64,000 bases of DNA from an uncultured Actinomycetota bacterium (GTDB taxonomy: Bacteria > Actinomycetota > Actinomycetes > CAVWCF01): contig CAVWCF010000001.1 in assembly GCA_963753435.1 (NCBI GenBank), positions 736,001 through 800,000 on the forward strand, in the 5' to 3' direction. Positions 8,880 through 18,959 of the stretch are shown here, piece after piece. Made by a program: the position numbers and the translations under genes. The notes beneath the pieces were generated by a model. The model was not told the origin of the DNA. It did no database searches and saw nothing but the letters and a program-made list of their open reading frames with translations. Each line of letters starts with the position of its first letter. The first letter of the stretch is position 1.

Positions 8880-9950
8880 TCAGGCGAGGTCAAGCAGGCT
8901 GGCTGCCGCGGCAGCGTCGATGGGCACCGTTTCCGGCTGCGGCGCACCCGCGATCGCCCACTCCGGGTCCTTCAACCCGTTGCCGGTGACCGTGCAGACG
9001 ATGCGCTGCCCCGGCTCCACCAGGCCCTCGGCATGTGCCTGCAGCAACCCGGCAACGCTGGCCGCGCTGGCTGGCTCAACGAACACGCCTTCGGTGCGAG
9101 CCAAGAGCCGATAGGCGGACAAGATCGCCCGGTCGGTGACAGCGTCAATTCGCCCGCCCGACTCGTCGCGCGCAGCTTCGGCCTGCTGCCACGAGGCCGG
9201 GTTGCCGATGCGGATGGCCGTGGCGATGGTCGACGGCTTGGCGACCGGCTCCCCGCGCACGATCGGCGCCGCACCAGCCGCCTGGAAACCCCACATCCGC
9301 GGGCGCGCGGAGATGCCGTCGTTGGCGTATTCGCAGTACCCCTTCCAGTACGCGGTGATGTTGCCGGCGTTACCGACCGGCAGGACGTGGATGTCCGGCG
9401 CCTGGCCCAACCCGTCGACGATCTCGAACGCGGCGGTCTTCTGGCCCTCGATGCGATCCGGGTTCACCGAGTTGACCAGCGCGACCGGATAGTTCTCCGA
9501 CAGGTCGCGCGCCAAGGTGAGGCAGTCGTCGAAGTTGCCGTCCACCTGCAGCAGGCGTGCGCCGTGCGCCAACGCCTGCGACATCTTGCCGAGTGCGATC
9601 TTGCCTTGCGGGACCAGAACGGCGCAGACCATTCCCGCCCGCACGGCGTAAGCGGCCGCGGACGCCGAAGTGTTGCCCGTCGAAGCGCAGATGACGGCCT
9701 GGGCCCCCGCTTGTGCAGCCTTGGAGATGGCCATAGTCATGCCGCGGTCCTTGAACGAACCGGTGGGGTTGGCCCCCTCTACCTTCAGGTGGACCTCGCA
9801 CCCGGTGCGCTCAGACAGGACCTGGGCCGGCACCAGCGGGGTGCCGCCTTCACGCAACGTGATGACGGGCGTGTCCGCGGTCACCGGCAACCGATCCCGG
9901 TACTCCTCGATGACACCTCGCCACAGGTGCCTGGTCATTGTCGTGGTCAT
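8880..9950 (-). CDS. thrC: Threonine synthase
   Basis: [10 protein letters not shown] (PLP lysine), ASTGNT, PVGNAGN. Confidence 0.97.
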   Translation of the reverse strand: MTTTMTRHLWRGVIEEYRDRLPVTADTPVITLREGGTPLVPAQVLSERTGCEVHLKVEGANPTGSFKDRGMTMAISKAAQAGAQAVICASTGNTSASAAAYAVRAGMVCAVLVPQGKIALGKMSQALAHGARLLQVDGNFDDCLTLARDLSENYPVALVNSVNPDRIEGQKTAAFEIVDGLGQAPDIHVLPVGNAGNITAYWKGYCEYANDGISARPRMWGFQAAGAAPIVRGEPVAKPSTIATAIRIGNPASWQQAEAARDESGGRIDAVTDRAILSAYRLLARTEGVFVEPASAASVAGLLQAHAEGLVEPGQRIVCTVTGNGLKDPEWAIAGAPQPETVPIDAAAAASLLDLA

Positions 9951-9954
9951 CGGG

Positions 9955-11244
9955 TCACTCCCCCACTACTCGCATGACGGATGCGATCGCCCGCACCACA
10001 TCCAGGTCGGCCAACGCCGCCACCGTGGCCGCCAGTTCACCCTCGGTGGCCTCGTGGGTGACGACCAGCAGGCTGGCGTCGTCACCGTGCCCGTCCTGCC
10101 GCAGCGTCTCGATCGACACTGCGTGCTCGGCAAAGACCTCCGCAACCCGGGCCAGGACACCGGTCTTGTCGGCCACGTCCAGGTGCATGTAGTACCTGGT
10201 GCGGGCCCCGGCCACGTCGAGAACAGGCAGGTCCGCGTAGGCGGTGACGGCCGGCTCGCGGCCGCCCGAAAGCCGGTTCCGAGCCACCGCCACCACGTCC
10301 CCCAGGACGGCTGACGCGGTCGGTGCGCCACCTGCGCCACGGCCGTAGAACATCAACTGCCCGGCGGCGTCGGACTCCACGAAGACCGCGTTGTAGGCCT
10401 CTCGCACGCTTGCCAACGGGTGCGTCCGCGGAACCATCGCCGGGTGTACGCGGACATAGACCCCGCCGCCGTCGGGGCTGCGCTCACAGATCGCCAGCAG
10501 TTTGACCACGTAACCCATGCTGCGGGCGGTAGCAACCACGTCGGCGGACACGTCGACGATCCCCGTGACGGAAACGTCCCCCAGCGCCACTCCGGTGTGG
10601 AAGGCGAGCCCGGCGATGATCGCGGCCTTGGCAGCGGCATCCGCGCCACCCACGTCGGCGGTCGGGTCGGCTTCGGCGTAGCCGAGCGCCTGGGCCTCGG
10701 CGAGCGCGTCGGCGAACGAGGCGCCGGTCTCATCCATTCGGGTCAGGATGTAGTTGGTGGTGCCGTTGACGATGCCGAGGACGCGCTGCACCCGGTCGCC
10801 AACAAGGGATTCACGCAAGGGCCGTAGCAGCGGGATCGCACCGGCAACGGCGGCCTCGTAGTAGATGTCGACCCCGTGCTCGTCGGCCGCTTCGTAGAGA
10901 GTCGCACCGTCCTCAGCCAGCAGCGCCTTGTTGGCACTGACGACGGCGGCGCCGTGGCTCATGGCCGATAGCAGCAGTGACCGCGCGGGCTCAATACCGC
11001 CCATGACCTCGATCACAATGTCGATGTCCGGCCTGGACACCAACCCGGCCAGATCAGTTGTGTAGAGGGAAGGGTCCACCTCGAAGCCGCGCTCGGCGTC
11101 GAGGCGCCGCACCCCGATCCCGGCAAGGCGAAGCGGGGCTCCGGCGCGCGCACCGAGGTCGTCGGCGGCGCTGAGCAGGCCGCGAGCGACCTCGGCCCCG
11201 ACCGTCCCGGCGCCGAGCAAAGCGACGTTCAGCGGCTGAGTCAT
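9955..11244 (-). CDS. hom: Homoserine dehydrogenase
   Basis: [34 protein letters not shown]-terminal ACT domain. Confidence 0.97.
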   Translation of the reverse strand: MTQPLNVALLGAGTVGAEVARGLLSAADDLGARAGAPLRLAGIGVRRLDAERGFEVDPSLYTTDLAGLVSRPDIDIVIEVMGGIEPARSLLLSAMSHGAAVVSANKALLAEDGATLYEAADEHGVDIYYEAAVAGAIPLLRPLRESLVGDRVQRVLGIVNGTTNYILTRMDETGASFADALAEAQALGYAEADPTADVGGADAAAKAAIIAGLAFHTGVALGDVSVTGIVDVSADVVATARSMGYVVKLLAICERSPDGGGVYVRVHPAMVPRTHPLASVREAYNAVFVESDAAGQLMFYGRGAGGAPTASAVLGDVVAVARNRLSGGREPAVTAYADLPVLDVAGARTRYYMHLDVADKTGVLARVAEVFAEHAVSIETLRQDGHGDDASLLVVTHEATEGELAATVAALADLDVVRAIASVMRVVGE

Positions 11245-11277
11245 GCCACAACCTTCATGAACGGCATCCTCCCAGGC

Positions 11278-12660
11278 TCAACCGACGTCGGTGGCCAGCA
11301 GGTCCGCAACGGTCTCCCGGCGGATCAGGGTGCGCACCTCGCCACTGGTCAACGCAAGTACCGGCGGGCGCGGCACGACGTTGTAGTTGCTCGCCATCGA
11401 CCGGCAATACGCCCCGGTCGCCGCCACCGCCAGCAGGTCGCCGGCCGCCAGATCCGCCGGCAGCCAGGCGTCGCGGACCACAACGTCGCCGCTCTCACAG
11501 TGCTTGCCGACGACCCGGGCCAGCATTGGCGGCGCATCGGAGGCACGACTGGCCAAGGCCACCGTGTAGTCCGCGTCGTACAGGGCGGTCCGGATGTTGT
11601 CGCTCATGCCGCCATCGACGCTGACGTAGGTACGCAACCCGTCCACGTTCTTGACCGTGCCGACCTCATACAACGTCACCCCGGCCCGACCCACGATGGC
11701 TCGACCTGGTTCGACGGCCAGCCGCGGAATCGGCAGGCCGGCATCGGCACAGACCCGTTCCACGATGCCGCGCAGTCGCGTCGCCAGTTCCGCCGGGCCC
11801 TGGGGGTCGTCCTCGCCCAGGTAGGCGATGCCGAACCCACCGCCCAGATTCAACTCGGGCAAGGTCGCTTGATGCTCGTCCCGGATTGAGCTGAGCAGTC
11901 CGGCCACTCGCGCCGCGGCCACCTCGAAGCCTTCAGTGTCGAAGATTTGCGAACCGATATGGCTGTGCAGGCCGACAAGTCGCAACGACGGCGACTTCAG
12001 CACTCGCCGCACGGCTTCGGCGGCGTCGCCCCCGGCGAGGGAGAAGCCGAACTTCTGGTCCTCGTGGGCGGTGGCAATGAACTCATGCGTGTGCGCCTCC
12101 ACTCCGGTCGTGACCCGGACGAAGACCTCCTGCTGCGCGCCTCGTTCCTCGGCCAGGAACGCAAGACGTGCGATCTCGGCGAAGGAGTCGACGACGATCC
12201 GGCCCACGCCGGCATCGAGCGCCTGAGCCAGTTCAGCCGGGGACTTGTTGTTTCCGTGGACCAGGATCCGCTCCGGTGCGAACCCCGCCGACAGTGCGAT
12301 CTCCAACTCCCCGCCGGTGCACACGTCCAGCGACAGGCCCTCTTCGGCCACCCACCGGGCAAACCCACGGGAGAGGAACGCCTTTGCTGCGTAGTACACG
12401 TCGCCATCGGCGAAGGCCTCGCGCCAGCGACGCATCTCGTTGCGGGCCCCCTGCTCGTCCAGGACGATCGCGGGGGTTCCGAACTCCTCGGCGACACGAC
12501 GGGCGTCGTGTCCGGCGATGCCGATGGCACCGTCGGCCTGCCGGTGCGCAGACTCCGGCCACACGTGCGCATCCAGCGGGTTGAGGTCGTCGGGGGCGCC
12601 TTGGAGGGAATGGTCGACGACAAGGTCGCCATGACGAGGTCCAGCCGGGTGCGCACGCAT
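11278..12660 (-). CDS. lysA: Diaminopimelate decarboxylase
   Basis: YAAKAF, HSHIGSQ, EPGR, GKHCESGD. Confidence 0.97.
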   Translation of the reverse strand: MRAHPAGPRHGDLVVDHSLQGAPDDLNPLDAHVWPESAHRQADGAIGIAGHDARRVAEEFGTPAIVLDEQGARNEMRRWREAFADGDVYYAAKAFLSRGFARWVAEEGLSLDVCTGGELEIALSAGFAPERILVHGNNKSPAELAQALDAGVGRIVVDSFAEIARLAFLAEERGAQQEVFVRVTTGVEAHTHEFIATAHEDQKFGFSLAGGDAAEAVRRVLKSPSLRLVGLHSHIGSQIFDTEGFEVAAARVAGLLSSIRDEHQATLPELNLGGGFGIAYLGEDDPQGPAELATRLRGIVERVCADAGLPIPRLAVEPGRAIVGRAGVTLYEVGTVKNVDGLRTYVSVDGGMSDNIRTALYDADYTVALASRASDAPPMLARVVGKHCESGDVVVRDAWLPADLAAGDLLAVAATGAYCRSMASNYNVVPRPPVLALTSGEVRTLIRRETVADLLATDVG

Positions 12661-12690
12661 GCGGCGGAGGGTACCTAGCCTGGAACGGGA

Positions 12691-14352
12691 CTACATGCGC
12701 TCGGGCGCGGTGACCCCGAGTAGGTCCAGTCCGTTGGCCAACACCTGGCGCGTGGCCGCGCACAGCAGGAGTCGCGACCGGTGCAGGTGGGTCACCTGCT
12801 CGTCGCCGCGTGGCAGCACGCGGCAGGAGTCGTAGAACTTGTGGTAGGCCGTGGCCAACTCCTCCAGGTAGCGCGCGACCCGATGCGGCTCGCGCAACTC
12901 CGCGGAACTGGCTACCACCGCCGGGAACCGGGCCAAGGTCGCCAGCAGTTCCTCCTCGGCGGGGTGCTCCAACAGGGCCGGCTCATAGGCGTCGGGGTCG
13001 ACGGCCACGCCCACCTCAGCAGCGTTGCGAAGCAAAGAGGCGATACGCGCGTGGGCGTACTGGACGTAGAAGACCGGGTTGTCGTTGCTCTGCCGCACCA
13101 GGACGTCGAGGTCGAGCGTCAGCGGTGAATCGGTCGGATACCGATTCAGTTCATACCGAGCCGCATCAACGCCGACCTCGTCGACAAGGTCCTCCAGCGT
13201 GACGATGTCTCCGGCGCGCTTGGACAGTCGGACCTCGACCCCGCCGCGAACGATCTTCACCAACTGGCCGATGAGGACGTCGATGTGGGTTTCCGGATCG
13301 TCACCGGCGCAAGCGGCAATGGCCCGCAACCGGCCCACGTAACCGTGGTGGTCGGCGCCCAGTAGGTACAGGCAGCGGTCGAAGCCGCGTTCACGTTTGT
13401 CGACGTAGTAGGCGGCGTCGGAGGCGAAGTACGTGGTGTCGCCGTCGCTCTTGCGCAGGACTCTGTCCTTGTCATCGCCGAAGTCGGTGGTCCGCAACCA
13501 CACCGCGCCGTCGGCTTCGAAGACGTGACCTTGCTCCTGCAGCTTGGCGAAAGCCCGCGGCACCGCCCCGGAATCGTGCAGGGAGCGTTCGGAGACCCAG
13601 ACCGTGAAGTGAGTGCGAAAGCGATCCAGCACGGCTTGCTGCTGCTCCAACTGCAGCGCATAACCGGCCTCACGGAAGGCAACCATGCGCTCCGCTTCGG
13701 GCAAGGTCAGTATGTCCGGGTCCGCGGCAACAACCCGGTCGGCCAGATCGCGCATGTATTCGCCGTGGTAGCCGTCCTCCGGCGGCCGGTTTCCCGCCGC
13801 CAACGCCGCCAACGACTCCCCGAAGCGGTCCATCTGCCCGCCGCGGTCGTTGATGTAGAACTCCTCGTCGACGCTGGCCCCGGCGGCACGCAGCACCCGC
13901 GCCAATGCGTCCCCAACAGCCGCCCACCGGGTGTGGCCGAGGTGGAGGGGACCCGTGGGGTTGGCCGACACGAACTCCAGATTGATGCGTTGCCCGGCCA
14001 GGGAGTCCCCTGTCCCGTAGTCGGCTCCGGCGCGCAGGATCTCCGCAGCGACCGCGCCGGCAGCGGCCGCGTCCAGGGTCACGTTCAAGAAGCCCGGCCC
14101 GGCCACGTCGACCGCGGCGATCCCGGGCACGTCCCGCAACCGTGCCGCAATGACGTCTGCCACCGCCCGCGGCGCCTTGCCGGCGGGCTTGGCCAGCCGC
14201 ATGGCGACGTTCGTGGCCCAGTCGCCATGCTCCCGACTGCGCGGACGCTCCACAGTCACCTCGGCCGGAATGGATTCCGGCGCCAAACCGAGTTCGCCGG
14301 CACTGTCCTGAACGGCCGCGACGATGGCGATGGACAGTTCGGCTGGGGTCAC
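12691..14352 (-). CDS. argS: Arginine--tRNA ligase
   Basis: EFVSANPTGPLHLGH, GADHHGY, YVQYAHARI, C-terminal APERM. Confidence 0.98.
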   Translation of the reverse strand: MTPAELSIAIVAAVQDSAGELGLAPESIPAEVTVERPRSREHGDWATNVAMRLAKPAGKAPRAVADVIAARLRDVPGIAAVDVAGPGFLNVTLDAAAAGAVAAEILRAGADYGTGDSLAGQRINLEFVSANPTGPLHLGHTRWAAVGDALARVLRAAGASVDEEFYINDRGGQMDRFGESLAALAAGNRPPEDGYHGEYMRDLADRVVAADPDILTLPEAERMVAFREAGYALQLEQQQAVLDRFRTHFTVWVSERSLHDSGAVPRAFAKLQEQGHVFEADGAVWLRTTDFGDDKDRVLRKSDGDTTYFASDAAYYVDKRERGFDRCLYLLGADHHGYVGRLRAIAACAGDDPETHIDVLIGQLVKIVRGGVEVRLSKRAGDIVTLEDLVDEVGVDAARYELNRYPTDSPLTLDLDVLVRQSNDNPVFYVQYAHARIASLLRNAAEVGVAVDPDAYEPALLEHPAEEELLATLARFPAVVASSAELREPHRVARYLEELATAYHKFYDSCRVLPRGDEQVTHLHRSRLLLCAATRQVLANGLDLLGVTAPERM

Positions 14353-14361
14353 GCGGGGAGG

Positions 14362-14874
14362 CTACCCGCGGGCATCCACTTGCACGTTGGCGTCCGCCTG
14401 CCAGACCCAATTGCCAGGATCGGCCAACAACTCCCCATCGACCCGGACCTCGACCCCGCCGCAGATCGACCCAAGGCATTCAGCGTCGAAGCGAACCCCC
14501 CAGAGCGCGAACAGATCGGCGAGGCGGTAGTCGTCGATGCGGTCAGCGTCCACCTCCTCAACCCAGACCGTGCCGTCGTCGGAGTGGGTGTGCAGAGCGG
14601 ACTCGAGCGCGCGGACCCGGTCGCGGCCGATCTGCGCCGGGATCGTCACCCGATCGCCGTTGACGAACACGACCAGTTGCGCCGTGCGGGATGCCTGCGG
14701 GCGGTAGCCGCTGTCCAGCACCGGCAGCCCGGCCGCCTCGATGTAGGAGATTGCGTCTCGTGGCGCATCCCACGGCGGCGGAGTCTGGCGGACTACGGCC
14801 GGTTGCGGTTCGGGCGCGGCCGGCGCGCAGGCGACCAGGGCCGAGAGCACGGCGAACAAGGCGATGCGGCGCAC
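14362..14874 (-). CDS. Hypothetical lipoprotein
   Basis: From GTG 14874: RRIALFAVLSALVA-C (lipobox LVAC) and an LHTHSDDG motif. The longer ORF call overlaps the tRNA and is rejected. Confidence 0.7.
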   Translation of the reverse strand: MRRIALFAVLSALVACAPAAPEPQPAVVRQTPPPWDAPRDAISYIEAAGLPVLDSGYRPQASRTAQLVVFVNGDRVTIPAQIGRDRVRALESALHTHSDDGTVWVEEVDADRIDDYRLADLFALWGVRFDAECLGSICGGVEVRVDGELLADPGNWVWQADANVQVDARG

Positions 14875-14946
14875 TCCGATGAGGCTACGTCTCGACTTCA
14901 CAGCGACGGAGCCACCCCGCTGCGCTGGTAGCGTTCGCCCTCCCGG

Positions 14947-15018
14947 GCCCCCGTAGCTCAGGGGATAGAGCATCGGCCTCCGGAGCCGTGTGCGCAGGTT
15001 CGAATCCTGCCGGGGGCG
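14947..15018 (+). tRNA. tRNA-Arg(CCG)
   Basis: GCCCCCG/CGGGGGC acceptor stem, TAGCTCAGGGGATAGAGC D-arm, anticodon loop CT-CCG-GA, GGTTCGAATCC T-arm. Confidence 0.96.
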
Positions 15019-15028
15019 CCCATCGGGG

Positions 15029-15412
15029 TCACCCCACCAGCACGAGACCCCGTCGTTGCAGCGCCGCGCGCAGGGCCACGTCGAATCGAGCGACGGCACC
15101 GTCCAGGCCATCCAGTTCGGCGGCGGTAAGCACCACCTGCAACTCCCCGCCGATTCGCGCAGCGACGAACGGTGCTGGCTGCTGCAACGCTCGCACTTCC
15201 TCGCCGCACTCGTTCAGGTGCAGCAACTCGAACCGGACTCCCAACCGTCCAACCAGTTCGTCCCACTCGCGTTTGCGGCGGACAGGTGAGTGCGTCACGT
15301 CGCAGAGGGCGCAATGGCGCGTACCCCGAAGCTTGCCGAACACGTACGCCAACTCGCCGCGGATGCCCCCGTCGGCGTCATAGACCCCGACGAACTCCTG
15401 GACCTGGTTCAT
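15029..15412 (-). CDS. Conserved hypothetical protein with CxxC (VYDADGG...HCALCDVTH)
   Basis: Protein-like composition from ATG 15412; CxxC-x3-H motif. Confidence 0.7.
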   Translation of the reverse strand: MNQVQEFVGVYDADGGIRGELAYVFGKLRGTRHCALCDVTHSPVRRKREWDELVGRLGVRFELLHLNECGEEVRALQQPAPFVAARIGGELQVVLTAAELDGLDGAVARFDVALRAALQRRGLVLVG

Positions 15413-15474
15413 GACGCGGCCAACGCTGCCACCGAGCGACGCATTCCGCATGCCGACGTGCCTACGCTGCGGCT

Positions 15475-15951
15475 ATGGCAGAACCAGCCGGATGGAGTCC
15501 CGCCGGCGGACGCAACGGCATCTACTACGTGCTCGGTCAGTTCGCACTGTTGGCGGTGATCGCCGTTATCGGCGTTCTGGGGTCGCCTTCGCCGGTACCC
15601 GTTTGGGTCGGCGGCGCCATCATCGCGCTGGGGCTGGCACTGGGTGCGCTCGGCGCGACCTCCCTGGGGCCGGCGCTGACGGCGCTGCCAAGGCCGGCAT
15701 CCAGCAGTCCGGGCGTTATGAACTCGGGCATCTACTCGAAAGTGCGCCACCCCATCTATGGCGGGGTTCTGCTGGGCGCGCTGGGTTGGACCTTGCTCAG
15801 CAGCCTCGCGGCGCTGGTTCCGCTGGTGCTGTTGGCCGCCTTGTTCGTCTTCAAGGCCCGACGTGAGGAAACCTGGCTCATCGCGCGCTTCCCGGACTAC
15901 GCCGACTACCGCAATCAGGTTCGCCGGCGCTTCATTCCGCTGGTTTGGTGA
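15475..15951 (+). CDS. Isoprenylcysteine carboxyl methyltransferase (ICMT/Ste14)-family membrane protein
   Basis: GIYSKVRHPIY, REETWL...FPDYADY...RRFIP; TM segments. Confidence 0.9.
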   Translation: MAEPAGWSPAGGRNGIYYVLGQFALLAVIAVIGVLGSPSPVPVWVGGAIIALGLALGALGATSLGPALTALPRPASSSPGVMNSGIYSKVRHPIYGGVLLGALGWTLLSSLAALVPLVLLAALFVFKARREETWLIARFPDYADYRNQVRRRFIPLVW

Positions 15952-15954
15952 CCC

Positions 15955-16875
15955 TCAGAAGCCCAGGCGCCGCAACTGCTTGGGGTCGCGCTGCCACTCC
16001 TTGGCCACCTTCACGTGCAAGTGCAGGTGAACGGCGGTCCCCAGTAGGGCGCTGATGTGTTTGCGGGCCGTCGTACCGACCTCGCGGAGCCGGGCGCCCC
16101 GGTGACCGATGACGATCCCCTTCTGGCTGTCCCGCTCCACGTAGATGGTCACGTACACATCCAGCAGTGGCTTGTCCTCAGGTCGATCCGGCCGCGGCAC
16201 GATCTCCTCGACCACGCACGCAATTGAGTGCGGCAGTTCGTCCCTAACCCCGGTCAACGCCGCCTCGCGGACCAGTTCGGCGATCATCACCGCCTCTGGC
16301 TCATCAGTGAGTTCACCGTCGGGGTACAGCGGTGGGCCTTCCGGCAGGAGTCCGGTAAGCACCTGCCGCAGGACGTCGAGGTTGTCGCCGCTGACCGCCG
16401 AGACCGGGACGATCTCGGCGAAGTCCACCCCTACGGAGGCTGCGAGATCGGCTACGGCCAGCAGGTGTTCGGCTAGCTGTTCCTTGGTGACCGCATCACT
16501 CTTGGTGACCACTGCGACGAGACTCGCCCGTGCCGCTTGGGCCAGCTCGTCGAGGATGAACCTGTCCCCCGGCCCGGGCTTCTCATCGGCCGGCGTACAG
16601 AACCCGACGACGTCGACTTCGGCCCAAGTGGACCGGACCAGATCGTTGAGCCGCTGGCCCAGCAGGGTGCGCGGCCGGTGCACGCCCGGGGTGTCGAGGA
16701 GCACGAGTTGGCTGTCAGCCCCGTGCACGATGCCGCGGATCACATGCCGCGTGGTCTGCGGCTGGTCGGCGGTGATCGCCACCTTCGATCCGACCAACGC
16801 GTTGGTCAGCGTGGACTTGCCGGCGTTGGGCCGACCCACGAAACAGGCGAAGCCGGACCGGAAGACGGCGGTCAC
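15955..16875 (-). CDS. era: GTPase Era
   Basis: GRPNAGKST, PQTTR, DTPG, TKSD, KH domain (SQKGIVIG). Confidence 0.98.
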   Translation of the reverse strand: MTAVFRSGFACFVGRPNAGKSTLTNALVGSKVAITADQPQTTRHVIRGIVHGADSQLVLLDTPGVHRPRTLLGQRLNDLVRSTWAEVDVVGFCTPADEKPGPGDRFILDELAQAARASLVAVVTKSDAVTKEQLAEHLLAVADLAASVGVDFAEIVPVSAVSGDNLDVLRQVLTGLLPEGPPLYPDGELTDEPEAVMIAELVREAALTGVRDELPHSIACVVEEIVPRPDRPEDKPLLDVYVTIYVERDSQKGIVIGHRGARLREVGTTARKHISALLGTAVHLHLHVKVAKEWQRDPKQLRRLGF

Positions 16876-17222
16876 GACGCTCGGCTGCGCAACGCCCCGG
16901 CGCGGTCGCCGAGGAGCAGCTCACCGCCGGAGACGAGCAGGTCCCGCGCGGCCGCCGAGCCGGCCGCGTCGAGTTCGTCGGGACCCAGCAGCACAGCCGC
17001 CTCCAGTTTCGTGGCCCCGCTGGCGACGGCCACGGCTACTACCGACTGCAGGGCGCTCAGCGTCAGCGATGGCAACGACACCGGCCCCGCCACGTAGGTG
17101 CGGCCGGTTTCGTCCCGCACGGCCGCGGCCTCCGCAACGCCCAGCCGCGCCAAGGCCGCCCGAGCCAGCGTGAACAACTTGGCGTCCTCCGCGGACAACT
17201 CCGCTGGTTCAGCCACCGACAC
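16872..17222 (-). CDS. Cytidine-deaminase-fold protein lacking zinc ligands
   Basis: AAAVRDETGRTY motif typical of the actinobacterial gene just upstream of era; no His or Cys catalytic motif. Confidence 0.75.
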   Translation of the reverse strand: MSVAEPAELSAEDAKLFTLARAALARLGVAEAAAVRDETGRTYVAGPVSLPSLTLSALQSVVAVAVASGATKLEAAVLLGPDELDAAGSAAARDLLVSGGELLLGDRAGALRSRAS

Positions 17223-18501
17223 CCTCCCGGATCGGATCGTCCGGTTCGACCCGGACGCGGTCGATCTGATTGCGCCGACCGGAGACCGACTCGGCAGTCA
17301 GGATCAGCCCCGACACGTTCACGCGGGAGCCCGCGATCGGGACGACGCCTAGTTCCTTGGCCATGAGGCCGCCAACGGTGTCGACCCCGTCGATGTCGTC
17401 GGGTTCGAACTCCACGCCCGCTAGGTCGGCCAGATCGTCGACGCTGAGCCGTGCGCTCACCCGCCAGCCACCGCTGGGCAGATCGGTGATCTCCGGCGGT
17501 GCGGTGTCGTACTCGTCGGAGATCTCTCCGACGATCTCCTCGAGCACGTCCTCGATGGTCACGAGCCCAGCCGTGCCGCCGTACTCGTCGACGACGATCG
17601 CGATGTGCTGCCGTTGCGTCTGCATGTCCCGAAGGAGTTCGTCGATCGGCTTGGAGTCGGGCACGAACAGCACCGGCCGCATCACGGAGTCGACGCGCTC
17701 GATGCTTTCCGCGTCGCGGTGTTCGAAGACGCGACGGACCAAGTCCTTGCCATAGACGATGCCGACAACGTCGTCCATCCCCTCCCCAACGACCGGGATC
17801 CGGCTGAACCCGCTGCGCAGACCCAGCGATATCCCCTGCCGCAGCGTTCGGTCCCGCTCGATGAACACGACGTCGGTCCGGGGGACCATGACTTCACGGG
17901 CGATGGTGTCGCCGAGCTCGAAGACGGAGTGGATCATCTGTCGTTCGTCGTCTTCGATCAGCCGGCGCTCTTCGGCCAGGTCGACCAGGTCGCGAAGTTC
18001 CGCTTCAGTGCTGAACGGTCCCTCCCGGTATCCAGGTCCCGGCGTTACCGCGTTGCCCAAGGCGATCAGCACCCAGGTGAGCGGGAACAACACCCGCTGC
18101 AGGAACCGCACCGGACCGGCAAGTAGTCGGCCCAGTCTCGGCGCGTGCTGGCGACCCAGCGTTCTGGCCGCGACCCCGACCACGACGTAGATCAGGACGA
18201 CCATCACGAGCACCGCAATCGCCGGACCGACCCAATCGTCCGGGGTCCAGTTCGCGGCGACCAACACCGCTAATGCGGTCGCGGCAACCTCGGCGGCAAT
18301 GCGCGTGAACAGGACGGCGTTGACCGCACGTGCCGGGTCCGCCGAGATCTCCGCGAGCGACTGGGAGCCCCGCGTTCCGGCCTTGAGCAACTGCTCGACC
18401 TGAACCCGCGACAACCGCTGCAACGCGGCTTCGAACGCGCTGGCCAAGGCGGCGATCAGCACCAGCAGTCCGGCAATCACCAGGGTCGCCGTGGGGCTCA
18501 T
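17209..18501 (-). CDS. Hemolysin/CNNM (DUF21-CBS-CorC) family protein
   Basis: N-terminal TMs, REVMVPRTD, FSRIPV, VVDEYGGTAGLVTIEDVLEEIVGEI. Confidence 0.95.
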   Translation of the reverse strand: MSPTATLVIAGLLVLIAALASAFEAALQRLSRVQVEQLLKAGTRGSQSLAEISADPARAVNAVLFTRIAAEVAATALAVLVAANWTPDDWVGPAIAVLVMVVLIYVVVGVAARTLGRQHAPRLGRLLAGPVRFLQRVLFPLTWVLIALGNAVTPGPGYREGPFSTEAELRDLVDLAEERRLIEDDERQMIHSVFELGDTIAREVMVPRTDVVFIERDRTLRQGISLGLRSGFSRIPVVGEGMDDVVGIVYGKDLVRRVFEHRDAESIERVDSVMRPVLFVPDSKPIDELLRDMQTQRQHIAIVVDEYGGTAGLVTIEDVLEEIVGEISDEYDTAPPEITDLPSGGWRVSARLSVDDLADLAGVEFEPDDIDGVDTVGGLMAKELGVVPIAGSRVNVSGLILTAESVSGRRNQIDRVRVEPDDPIREGVGG

Positions 18502-18959
18502 CGGCGCCGCCGCTGCTTGCGGTGCCCGGCTACGAGCTTGTCCTGGAGACCGAACATCTCCTTGGCCTCATCGGGCTCGGCGTGGTCGTAGCCGAGCAGG
18601 TGCAGGATGCCGTGGGTCAACAGGATGTCGACCTCATCGTCGGTCGCGTGGCCGGCCACCTCGGCTTGGCGAACGGCAACCTGCGGGCAAATGACCACGT
18701 CACCGAGCAGCCCCGGCTCCGGTTCGGCGTCATCTCGGCCGGGGCGCAGTTCGTCCATGGGGAAGGCGAGTACATCGGTTGGTCCCGCCTCGTCCATCCA
18801 GTGTTCGTGCAGGGTGGTCATCGCTGCTTCGTCGACGAGCAGCACGGACAGTTCCGCCTGCGGGTGGATCCGTAGCTGCTCGAGGCAATGCCGGGCCAGA
18901 TGCGCCATTCGGGCCTCGTCGCAGTCGAGGCCGCTCTCGTTTACGACGTCCAGGCTCAC
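18498..18959 (-). CDS. ybeY: rRNA maturation endoribonuclease YbeY
   Basis: PTDVLAF, HGILHLLGYDH. Confidence 0.97.
   Translation of the reverse strand: MSLDVVNESGLDCDEARMAHLARHCLEQLRIHPQAELSVLLVDEAAMTTLHEHWMDEAGPTDVLAFPMDELRPGRDDAEPEPGLLGDVVICPQVAVRQAEVAGHATDDEVDILLTHGILHLLGYDHAEPDEAKEMFGLQDKLVAGHRKQRRRR

Noticed and set aside
14875-15111. N-terminal extension of the 14362-15111 ORF
   Set aside because: It overlaps tRNA-Arg on the antisense strand; the lipoprotein signal starts at 14874.
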